IMG/VR virus record: IMGVR_UViG_3300006204_000010
Location: 312-64,311 of that record
DNA length: 64,000 nt
From: a virus
Taxonomy: Duplodnaviria; Caudoviricetes
Strand: one strand, 5' to 3'
The translations under genes were made by a program, and so were the position numbers. Each line of letters starts with the position of its first letter. The first letter of the stretch is position 1. Of this stretch, positions 54,723-63,039 are shown piece after piece. The notes below the pieces were generated by a model. It saw nothing but the letters and a program-made list of their open reading frames with translations. It did not search any database and was not told where the DNA came from.

Positions 54723-54803
54723 ATGTGTTTTCCTATTGATGGAGCAGCTATAATTGTAAAAGCGGTTGCTGAATATTTGGCTGAAAATTGCCATGAATCA
54801 TAA
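54723..54803 (+). CDS. 26-aa antisense-oriented peptide (MCFPIDGAAIIVKAVAEYLAENCHES)
   Basis: AAAGGAGG SD; downstream plus-strand terminator agcctgatgc...gtatcgggttttt. Confidence 0.4.
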   Translation: MCFPIDGAAIIVKAVAEYLAENCHES

Positions 54804-54876
54804 AAAATTAGCCTGATGCTATTCACAGTAGTATCGGGTTTTTCTTTTTCCTCCATTGCTCACGAATAAAGACCGC

Positions 54877-55263
54877 TTATTGCGGACGTTTGCCAATCAT
54901 GCTTTCTAACATTTCATTGTAAGTTTGATTAAACAAATCCTCATACTCTTTCATATAACGCTGATAGTTTTCCGCGTTATTCTTAGAAGCTTCGCTAAAC
55001 CAATTCGCGCCGTATTTCCGTGTATACTTTTCATTAATCTGAGGTATCAGCACACGGTTTGCATAATCGGCCGTTTTGTTATAGGCTTTCGCCCAGTTCT
55101 TTTTCACTTGTTTGTCATACTTTTTTTGTTCTTTCTTTACGTTCCGGCTTCTTGCCGCTTCTCCAATTTCCCTGCCTCCCGAATGCCCTTTCGGATACGG
55201 CTGATACCGACGGACGCCCCACTTCATTCCCAGTATGCCATGATGTTGTAAATTAGTTTCCAT
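54877..55263 (-). CDS. HHG..KWG-module small basic protein
   Basis: [27 protein letters not shown]. Confidence 0.7.
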   Translation of the reverse strand: METNLQHHGILGMKWGVRRYQPYPKGHSGGREIGEAARSRNVKKEQKKYDKQVKKNWAKAYNKTADYANRVLIPQINEKYTRKYGANWFSEASKNNAENYQRYMKEYEDLFNQTYNEMLESMIGKRPQ

Positions 55264-55271
55264 TGTAAAAT

Positions 55272-55505
55272 TCACCTCCCCGAATATAACATGTGTATAG
55301 GATCATCTTCAAGGCCGCATTCTTTTAAATCATACCCCGCTATGATAAGATCATTTCTGATTGTGTCAAGCGCAGTATAATACGCATGTTGTACTCCTTC
55401 TTCAAATTTACTGTCCGGATTAGCTTTTGCGTTCGCGGTAGCGTCATCGGCATTACTAATTAACCGTGCTACAATATGATTAAATAGTTCATTATCCATC
55501 GTCAT
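55272..55505 (-). CDS. Putative immunity protein, copy 2 (77 aa)
   Basis: About 80% identical to the adjacent copy; SD GAAAGAGGTG. Confidence 0.6.
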   Translation of the reverse strand: MTMDNELFNHIVARLISNADDATANAKANPDSKFEEGVQHAYYTALDTIRNDLIIAGYDLKECGLEDDPIHMLYSGR

Positions 55506-55545
55506 ATTCACCTCTTTCTTTCCTCCGTTACTCACAAAAATCATA

Positions 55546-55767
55546 TTATGCGTATTTATTAATAGGATCTTCTTCAAGACCACACTTCTTAAGATCATAC
55601 TCCGCTATAATCAAATCATTTCTTATTGTATCAAGCACTGTATAATATGCAAGTTGTACTCCCTCTTCAAATTCACTATTAGGGTCTTTTTTTGCATTGA
55701 CAACGGCATCATTTGCATTACTAATTAATCGCGCTATAATATGATTAAAAAGTTCATCAGTCATCAT
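55546..55767 (-). CDS. Putative immunity protein, copy 1 (73 aa)
   Basis: Start overlaps the portal-fusion stop; small acidic helical protein. Confidence 0.6.
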   Translation of the reverse strand: MMTDELFNHIIARLISNANDAVVNAKKDPNSEFEEGVQLAYYTVLDTIRNDLIIAEYDLKKCGLEEDPINKYA

Positions 55768-57379
55768 ATTCGCCCCTTTCTTTTAACTCAACAATCCGAT
55801 TCTCAATAGATTTACGAAGATTTACAATTTCTTTATTCCAATGTTTAATTAATCCGTTTTTTTTTCGCTCAGAATAAGTGTCCCATTCTAGAATATGTTT
55901 CGACGGATTAGAAATTTTTGATTTATGCAATTCTATTTCCTTTTGCAGACTCCGCATACCCCTTTTTATAGAAGTCACACTTTGCTTGGCAAGATCAGAT
56001 TCTTTCTTCTTTTTCTGACCTGTTCCTATTTTACCACCCTCATCAGATTTTGCAACCCCTTTTCCGCCGTCTCTGTCTATCGGATACGGAGGTCCATTTT
56101 GGACGCCCCATTTCTGCCCTTTTACACCATGATGCGCCAGATGTTCTACCACTTCATCATCCGGAGTTTCCTCCTCTGACTTTGGAACTGTACCAGCAGA
56201 TTCACTCAGATTCTTGTTTCGCAGCTCATCAGCTTTCGGATCATCTGAAGGCTTCATTCCGATTACCTGACGAATCTCATTAGAAGTCATAATCTCATTC
56301 CGTGTAAACTTGTCCGCAATTTCCGAAATGTCGGCCACAGGAACTAGTCGGAACGGGTCACGGAAGAACTCAATAGACTGAAACTGGGAACGGGCGGTCT
56401 TTGTCAAAAACTTCCGCTTCATCTCATCGGCTATCGCCGACAAAATAGGCTCAATCGTACGGTTATAATAATTTAACATCGTTTTTTCATCCGCAGTCCC
56501 ATCTAAAATTCCCTGAGTGATACCTAACTGGCCGTAAAGCATACTCGTCAAATATTCAATCTGGGACATCAGATTGTTTTCTACCGGACGGTTCAACTGT
56601 GTAATATGTTCTGTGCCATCAGTATAAGCAATCCCATACTTAGAACCTGCTAATTGACTTTCAATATCTTTCCGACGGTTTTCCGCCTGCGCCCGTCTGG
56701 CTTCTGTCTTAATTACATAAGGAAGCTGAATAATTAAATCTAATTTACCGGAACCATTTTGTTCATCTATCGCATCTAACAGATTCAATTTCCGAATCAA
56801 ACGCTGCATTGTCGAATTTGGTTCATTCATTACTGCATAAAGCGGATTTTCAACAATCGCTACCATGCTCTTTTCTGCAAGAACATCTTCCTTTTTTCCA
56901 GTCCGCTCATTATAAACTAAAACCTTGACATGTTGTGGATACCACTCTAAAATCTTTCCAGTCCGCATAGTCTCAATATCATAAGCTCCAGTTTCTTCCG
57001 GATTATCTGTCGTGTCAACCGGAACAATGGCAACGCATCCCTCGTCTAACATCGACATAACTACATCTTGTAAAAACGCCCGCCCTGTCTGATCCATGTT
57101 TGCGGATACCGTAAGACAGTTATGAAGCCCCGAATCGATTGTAGAAAGAAAACGGTTGTTTTCATCTAAACGCACATGAAATAAATCCACTGCGGCGGAG
57201 TCTAACGCAATTCTGTTATAAACAGACGTTACAATGGATCGTTCATTCCCTCTTGAGAAACGTATCCGGTCAGGTCGGTATGAATATCCCATACCTACAT
57301 TCTTATAAAACCCTGTAGGGTCTTTATTGAAAAAAGCATTCCAAGCATGTTTTAACCTAGAATGAAAAGAAAACTCCAT
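55757..57379 (-). CDS. Portal protein with C-terminal HHG..KWG module and putative toxin tip
   Basis: Portal core between terminase and capsid ends near ADELRNKNL; then acidic linker, HLAHHGVKGQKWG and about 100 aa basic helical domain. Confidence 0.85.
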   Translation of the reverse strand: MEFSFHSRLKHAWNAFFNKDPTGFYKNVGMGYSYRPDRIRFSRGNERSIVTSVYNRIALDSAAVDLFHVRLDENNRFLSTIDSGLHNCLTVSANMDQTGRAFLQDVVMSMLDEGCVAIVPVDTTDNPEETGAYDIETMRTGKILEWYPQHVKVLVYNERTGKKEDVLAEKSMVAIVENPLYAVMNEPNSTMQRLIRKLNLLDAIDEQNGSGKLDLIIQLPYVIKTEARRAQAENRRKDIESQLAGSKYGIAYTDGTEHITQLNRPVENNLMSQIEYLTSMLYGQLGITQGILDGTADEKTMLNYYNRTIEPILSAIADEMKRKFLTKTARSQFQSIEFFRDPFRLVPVADISEIADKFTRNEIMTSNEIRQVIGMKPSDDPKADELRNKNLSESAGTVPKSEEETPDDEVVEHLAHHGVKGQKWGVQNGPPYPIDRDGGKGVAKSDEGGKIGTGQKKKKESDLAKQSVTSIKRGMRSLQKEIELHKSKISNPSKHILEWDTYSERKKNGLIKHWNKEIVNLRKSIENRIVELKERGEYDD

Positions 57380-57402
57380 TTTGAATTTTTACCTCCTTGT
57401 AT

Positions 57403-57443
57403 AAAATAAAAAGAAAGAGCCTTTGTTTTTGGCTCTGTCTTTT
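57403..57443 (-). terminator. Intrinsic terminator between terminase and portal
   Basis: gagcc/ggctc stem with a U-run on the minus strand. Confidence 0.5.
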
Positions 57444-57474
57444 GATAAAACTATAATACGGATAAAGAATAAAG

Positions 57475-59217
57475 TCACTCAAACGCTTCCCTGTTTAGCT
57501 TATACGCTACATAAGCGTCCATCATCGCCGCCACAGCGTCAATCTTTTGTTCATACCTCTTTTTCAGCAATTTCCGGTTCCCATTCGTATCTTCTAACGT
57601 AATGCAATTTCCCATGGCAAACGTCATTAATTCCTCATCAAACAAGAGCATACGCTCCTCCGAAAGTTTCTTCAATTCGCCAAGCGGCACTGATTCCGTC
57701 TTTGCTCCCTGAATCACTTTCTCAATCCCAAACGGGCCATTCTCAGCTTCCCATCTTGCTACAAATTCTTTCGCATTGTATGGATCATATCCAAAACACC
57801 GGACGTCATACTCCCGCTTAATAATATGCCGTTCCAGATCCTCATACACCTGCGTCATGTCTAATACCGTTCCTTCTAAAACCACCAGACTCCCTTCCGC
57901 CATAAACTGTTCATACTTCACCCGCATCGCAGCCGGAAGCCGCATCAAAGTCAGAGACGTAATATAGTTTCTGGTCTTCACCCCGAACGCCTCATTTGAT
58001 AATGGGAACAAAAACGTAAACGCGCAAAAGTCATCGCCCTGTGACAGATCCGCGCCAAGAGCGCATGGCATTTGCCAATAATCCCTTTTACGGTGTGGAA
58101 GCGTTTCTTCATATGTAAAGAAATAGGTGTAACCTTCCATCGGAATCCCAAACCGCTTCGCCAAAATATCATTCCGCACAGCCGGGGCATTTTCCGCCCG
58201 CTCCACATCTTTCTGGTATGTTTCATAAGTAACTGTCTTTCCAATATTCGGGTTCGCCTTCAGCCACATTTCCGGACGTGAAACTTCATCAATCGAATCC
58301 AGCTTATACCACCAAATAGAAACATTATGCGCCGGATACTCCCCTTTTAGAATCTTCATCAACTCCATTTTGATTGTATCGCCGCTTCCATTTCGGACTG
58401 TCCCTTCCGAACTTGTCGCAATAATCAAATAGTCGTCCACTTTAGAAGCTCCCTGTTCAATCGCCCCAACAACGTCTTCCCTGACGTCACCCGAAAGCCA
58501 TTCGTCCACAGTCGCAATTTTACAACGAAGCCCTTGCAATTTATCAATCCGCATCGGACGCACCTCAATTAAAGAACCTGTAAGAAAATTTTCAATTCCT
58601 TTTTTGGTTGAAGCAAGCTTTGTACGATCCGCTTTTGAACCCGTCGTATTTTGTAAAGAACCTTCCGTCAAAAATTGAAACAAAGGCCCTCTCGCACGGG
58701 TAATCGCGGTTTTAATCGGCGTAATCACTTCTTCCGCCTGTTTCATTGTAGGACCGGTTGTAATCTGATGTGTGGTAGTCGTATCAACATTCTCAAAATA
58801 CGACTGAATACAGGAATCATATAAAGACTTCGCCGCTCCACGCCCGACAATCAGATATTGCTTATTAATCAAACGTTTTCGGATTACTTTATTCACAAAA
58901 TGCCCTCCATGTCCGTCCGGATACGGCTCATAAACACTTCGTTCTACAAAATAATACCATCCAAAAACCTGTTCACCCCAGAGTTTAAAACTGTCAAGCA
59001 AAACCAAATCAGATCCATCTGTCAAAGTAAGTTCTTCTTCACAGTAAGCAATCCAGCCTTCCACTGCTTTGTCATCATACCAATACTCCGGATTTGCAAT
59101 CAATCTGTCAATACGGTTCATCTCCAAATCAATTTCCCTGCAAACCGGAATATCGCCCCGGATCACGGCGTCCCGAAACATGCCATAATACTTTGGCACA
59201 GCCGTATTTGATAACAT
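57475..59217 (-). CDS. terL: Terminase large subunit
   Basis: IVGRGAAKS Walker A, ATVDEW Walker B, GADLSQGDD nuclease motif, KIDAVAA. Confidence 0.9.
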   Translation of the reverse strand: MLSNTAVPKYYGMFRDAVIRGDIPVCREIDLEMNRIDRLIANPEYWYDDKAVEGWIAYCEEELTLTDGSDLVLLDSFKLWGEQVFGWYYFVERSVYEPYPDGHGGHFVNKVIRKRLINKQYLIVGRGAAKSLYDSCIQSYFENVDTTTTHQITTGPTMKQAEEVITPIKTAITRARGPLFQFLTEGSLQNTTGSKADRTKLASTKKGIENFLTGSLIEVRPMRIDKLQGLRCKIATVDEWLSGDVREDVVGAIEQGASKVDDYLIIATSSEGTVRNGSGDTIKMELMKILKGEYPAHNVSIWWYKLDSIDEVSRPEMWLKANPNIGKTVTYETYQKDVERAENAPAVRNDILAKRFGIPMEGYTYFFTYEETLPHRKRDYWQMPCALGADLSQGDDFCAFTFLFPLSNEAFGVKTRNYITSLTLMRLPAAMRVKYEQFMAEGSLVVLEGTVLDMTQVYEDLERHIIKREYDVRCFGYDPYNAKEFVARWEAENGPFGIEKVIQGAKTESVPLGELKKLSEERMLLFDEELMTFAMGNCITLEDTNGNRKLLKKRYEQKIDAVAAMMDAYVAYKLNREAFE

Positions 59218-59231
59218 GAAACAACCCCTCC

Positions 59232-59774
59232 TTATTTTTTCAACTGTTTAATAGCCAAAGCAATCGCAATCGCAGAGCTTCCAATGCCAGCAATATCACC
59301 GGCAACCTCCAGAATATTGGATACATAATTCTGCCCTTTAGAAACCGTTTCCGACTCTTTTGCAAAAATATCATTGTACCGTTTTTCCAAATTATACCGT
59401 TCAATCTGTTCCCGAAGCTCCTTGTCCGTCATTTTACTCAAATCCAGAGTTTCTTTTTTACTTGAATCACTGATTTTACCCCGATGTATATTCTTTGCCT
59501 GATTAATAAGTCCTGAAGCAGCATCCACTGCTTTCTTCGTTTTTTCTATCTTTGCAGTTGCCGGATCGCCTTTTGACAATTTATTGTATTGCTCCTCCAG
59601 ATTCATTCTTTTTACTTTAGAAGCAAGTTCTTCATCGCTCATAGAACTCACCTTCTTTTTTTTAGCCGCTTCTCCAACCTCTTTTCCACCTGAATGTCCT
59701 TTGGGATATGGCTGATACCGACGGATGCCCCATTTCATGCCAAGGACGCCGTGATGGTTTAAATAATTTTTCAT
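59232..59774 (-). CDS. HHG..KWG-module protein with internal MSDEEL/MTDKEL repeats
   Basis: [27 protein letters not shown]; two M(S/T)DxEL...R.NLE..YN repeats. Confidence 0.7.
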   Translation of the reverse strand: MKNYLNHHGVLGMKWGIRRYQPYPKGHSGGKEVGEAAKKKKVSSMSDEELASKVKRMNLEEQYNKLSKGDPATAKIEKTKKAVDAASGLINQAKNIHRGKISDSSKKETLDLSKMTDKELREQIERYNLEKRYNDIFAKESETVSKGQNYVSNILEVAGDIAGIGSSAIAIALAIKQLKK

Positions 59775-59854
59775 TTTGAATTTTCACCTCCTGTTACATT
59801 TTTTGAATTTGTCTTTTATAAATAATACACAAAAAAAGAGATGATTACCATCTC

Positions 59855-60292
59855 TTAATTCTTACAGTGCTTCTCTACAATCTTTGTTATCATATCTTCT
59901 TTAAACTTTAGATTATCTGATTTATCTATTAATTCTATAATACGTTCTTCGTGTTCTACTAAAGTTAAATTTTTAAAATAATTTTGTTTATTTTCTGAGG
60001 ATTTGTTTACCAGATAGATCATTGTTCCAGAAAAAAGGTCTACAAATGCACCCGGAATTAAAGGAAGTAAATCTTGTTTTGTGATAACTGATATAACCAA
60101 TCCTATTATCAATAAAAAAATACCAACCCATATCATTTTTATTGCATTACTCACTATTTTATTATTCTGGTCGATTGTGCTAGTATGATATCTTGCAGAT
60201 AACGAAATATTTCCTTCACTATTATTTATTTTTTGTGATCCATTTAAAACATGATTATTGTCTAAAAATTCAGAGTATCTTATTATTGACAT
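59855..60292 (-). CDS. 2-TM membrane protein (TRADD-N-associated membrane domain-like)
   Basis: Two TM helices GIFLLIIGLVI and LIPGAFVDLFSGTMIYL; AT-rich; family recalled. Confidence 0.45.
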   Translation of the reverse strand: MSIIRYSEFLDNNHVLNGSQKINNSEGNISLSARYHTSTIDQNNKIVSNAIKMIWVGIFLLIIGLVISVITKQDLLPLIPGAFVDLFSGTMIYLVNKSSENKQNYFKNLTLVEHEERIIELIDKSDNLKFKEDMITKIVEKHCKN

Positions 60293-60304
60293 AAATACTC
60301 CTCC

Positions 60305-60547
60305 TTAATCTTCCATACAATTAATCGCTAGAGGATTTACAAAAATTGTATTACCACATTCCTTACAAGTTATTGTAACTACTGGTATAATTTTATTTCC
60401 AATTTGTATTGAATGATCTTTTCCAACACTTATCATTGTCATCATGTCATCATCTATATTCCAATTATTTTTCCCACACATAGGGCAATTCTTTGTCAAC
60501 CATTTTTGATTAATGCTATTTATTAATTTGTCTTTATTTAATTTCAT
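60305..60547 (-). CDS. Zinc-ribbon protein
   Basis: CPMCG..W and CKECGNT; SD before MKLNKD. Confidence 0.6.
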   Translation of the reverse strand: MKLNKDKLINSINQKWLTKNCPMCGKNNWNIDDDMMTMISVGKDHSIQIGNKIIPVVTITCKECGNTIFVNPLAINCMED

Positions 60548-60741
60548 TGAATTTCTCCCAAAAAGCCTTTTTATGTATTGTATCATTTCATATATCATTT
60601 TTCTAGCCCTTTCTGCTTTATTCAAATATTTTTATATTAACAAAATTGCAAATAAATAATCGACAATTAACAGCAATCATCATATAGCCCTAATATAGAA
60701 TTAATCCAAAAAAATTCTCAACCAGAAAGAGGGGTGGTTTT

Positions 60742-60981
60742 ATGGCAAGACTGTCAAATCAAAAAATAGCTGACATGACGCTCAGGCAGGCTGATACATA
60801 CACCGATTTACATCCAGCCGAAGCTTGGCGGTTTGCCAAGGCACATGGTCGATCTACCATTAAGCAAACCACGGTTTTAAAACTAAGAAATTATTTGCTG
60901 AACCGGAAACCGCTAAATCTTTCTAACCTAATCCCCCCTGACTCCTCTACTGTCAGGGGTATTTTTCCTCTTTCTGGCTGA
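60742..60981 (+). CDS. 79-aa basic antisense-oriented protein
   Basis: SD AAAGAGGGG paired to the 3' end by a 26-bp inverted repeat. Confidence 0.4.
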   Translation: MARLSNQKIADMTLRQADTYTDLHPAEAWRFAKAHGRSTIKQTTVLKLRNYLLNRKPLNLSNLIPPDSSTVRGIFPLSG

Positions 60982-61086
60982 GAATTTTTTTGCTTTAGAT
61001 TTTAACACAAAAGAGTCTCTGTTTAAGAGACTCTTGACAATTAGCACTCACTGTGTTAAACTGCTGATAAGAAAGGAGGGATTGCT

Positions 61087-61224
61087 ATGAAAAAGTTTGT
61101 GGCTCTAATTAAACGATTATTAAATCTTATCGCCAAAGAAATCATCGAAATTAATACCACAGATGGAAGTCTTTCGTTTATGTTTAATATTAAAAAATAT
61201 ATGAATAACTTTACATTCGTGTAA
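61087..61224 (+). CDS. 45-aa amphipathic peptide (MKKFVALIKRLLNLIAKEIIEINTTDGSLSFMFNIKKYMNNFTFV)
   Basis: TTGACA-17-TAAACT, GAAAGGAGG SD, 3' anti-SD, plus-strand terminator. Confidence 0.55.
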   Translation: MKKFVALIKRLLNLIAKEIIEINTTDGSLSFMFNIKKYMNNFTFV

Positions 61225-61453
61225 TCCATACAATCCCCCGTTTTCTCCTTTCAACTCAACAAGCCAGTGTTGTTACCAGCAACGTCGGCTTGTTTTTTAT
61301 ATAACAAAATAAAAGAGCCTCTGTTTAAGAAGCTCTTATCAGTGTTTCTGACTCAAAATTGTTATTGACAATCCTTTCCACAGCACTTATACTGTAATCA
61401 GCACTCATGTCAGTTGAGCGCTAACAGATAAATATAAGAAAGGAGGCACTCAT

Positions 61454-61597
61454 ATGTTCAATAAAATTCTACGAAAGATACGTTCAGTATGCTTTAATCT
61501 AATGATCCTCATTATTGATATTATAGCCGAAGATATTATCAATTTTAAAAACTTAAGAACGTATTACCAAAGCAAAACGAGCACATGTACTCCATAA
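61454..61597 (+). CDS. 47-aa peptide (MFNKILRKIRSVCFNLMILIIDIIAEDIINFKNLRTYYQSKTSTCTP)
   Basis: TTGACA-17-TATACT, GAAAGGAGG SD, 3' anti-SD, plus-strand terminator. Confidence 0.55.
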   Translation: MFNKILRKIRSVCFNLMILIIDIIAEDIINFKNLRTYYQSKTSTCTP

Positions 61598-62030
61598 AGA
61601 ACTTCCCCTTCTCCTTTCACACAAACAAGTCAGTGCCGCCTCCAACAGCATTGGCTTGTTTTTTTGAATTAAAAAAGAGTCTCTGTTTAAAAGACTCTTT
61701 CTTTCTCTTTTTAAGGTTCTTCATTTAATGACTTAAATCATCTCATTTCTTGGTAAAAACGTTCAGTGCTACCGTAAATCAAGGTAATAAATTCTTCTAC
61801 AAGCCGCCAAAGCATACAATCACCGCCTTCTAAAACTTGAGCCGCTCCCTCAAAAAAAACTCCGCGTTCTCAAGTGCAGTTGGTGGTGGTAATTGACTCA
61901 GACGTGCGGACATGAATCTGAGATACATAACCTCTTTCAAAAAAATAAGCGCAACTACAGCCATACCAAAAACGGTCTTTTATACGTTTCATCATACCAC
62001 AGACCTCCTTTCCATAAAAGGAGATGTAAA

Positions 62031-62384
62031 TTATACGGATCTGTTATTATTTACAGGATCTACCGCAACGTTTAGACGCCACTCAAATTCGCTTATCTGA
62101 CGGTTTATAACATCAATAACCGCAGAACCCAATGGTGGATCAAAAAGCAGTTTTACTTTTAAATACATATAAGATTTGACTAACTCCAACTGTGTTCCCT
62201 CTGGCAAAAAATCCGTCCACGCTTCTTCTTTCCCTTTGATGAAAAATCCATCTGCTGAACCTACGCCAAGCTGTGTCAATATCATAAATACCGAATTAAT
62301 GTGCATAATTAAATCGGCATCAAAGTGTTCGTATTCTTCCGTGATACCAAGCATTTTCTTAATCGACGTTAATATACTTTCCAT
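62031..62384 (-). CDS. Head-tail connector-like protein
   Basis: SILTSIKKMLG...LIMHINS; helical gp6/gp15-like size; distant from the head genes. Confidence 0.55.
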   Translation of the reverse strand: MESILTSIKKMLGITEEYEHFDADLIMHINSVFMILTQLGVGSADGFFIKGKEEAWTDFLPEGTQLELVKSYMYLKVKLLFDPPLGSAVIDVINRQISEFEWRLNVAVDPVNNNRSV

Positions 62385-62442
62385 AAAATTTCTCCTTTAC
62401 AATAAAAAAAAGAACCCCTGTACAGGATTCTTTTCCTTTTCA

Positions 62443-62724
62443 TCACATTTGAAATAAATCGGCATGTGTTCCGGTATCCACCAATGTCAAAGTTAGCACG
62501 TCATCTTCGATTAGATAAATCAACAGCCAGTCGGGTTGGATATGGCATTCTCTAAATCCACTGTACTTCCCTTTTAAAACATGATCTCTATATTTTTCTT
62601 CCAATAAGTTGCCCTGTAATAATTTACTTACCACAGAATCTAAAAGTTGAATATTTAATCCCCTTTTCTTTGCCATTTTTAGGCTTTTCTTAAACTTTCC
62701 GGTAAAAGCTAATTGGTATTTCAT
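62443..62724 (-). CDS. yafQ: YafQ (RelE/ParE superfamily) toxin
   Basis: KYRDHVLKG..RECHIQPDWLLIY..TGTHADLF. Confidence 0.9.
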   Translation of the reverse strand: MKYQLAFTGKFKKSLKMAKKRGLNIQLLDSVVSKLLQGNLLEEKYRDHVLKGKYSGFRECHIQPDWLLIYLIEDDVLTLTLVDTGTHADLFQM

Positions 62725-62951
62725 ATATCCATATCCTCCAGAGCTTCTGCAAAACTGGAATATTTTCTTGTTTCTTGATTTCTGCTAATTAATCTTGCTT
62801 CTTCCATAGCCTCAATAACATCCGGTCTAAAATCAAAGTTTTTATCTTCTTCTTTTGGCAACATAAATCTTTTCATAAAATCAATTAAAAAAATCACATT
62901 TTCATCTGATAAATCATTAATCATCTGTACAGCCTGTTCTTGTATTGACAT
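62721..62951 (-). CDS. Antitoxin for YafQ (RelB/DinJ-like acidic C-terminus)
   Basis: ATGA-coupled upstream of yafQ; EAMEEA..KYSSFAEALED. Confidence 0.65.
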   Translation of the reverse strand: MSIQEQAVQMINDLSDENVIFLIDFMKRFMLPKEEDKNFDFRPDVIEAMEEARLISRNQETRKYSSFAEALEDMDI

Positions 62952-63039
62952 AACATATACCGCCTCTCTCTATAAATTTAGAGTTATTCTCATTAAAATT
63001 ATATCATTTCCAATAAATATTTCAAGCCGCATTCTCCTT

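Noticed and set aside
61059-61229. 57-codon minus-strand ORF with an apparent SD overlapping the 45-aa peptide gene
   Set aside because: Its SD/ATG is a by-product of the inverted-repeat symmetry; the promoter and terminator support the plus strand.
61738-61995. Minus-strand gene after the weak class I motif at 62013
   Set aside because: The SD-linked ATG gives only 13 codons; a longer product needs two frameshifts at homopolymer runs. A pseudogene or sequencing error cannot be distinguished here.
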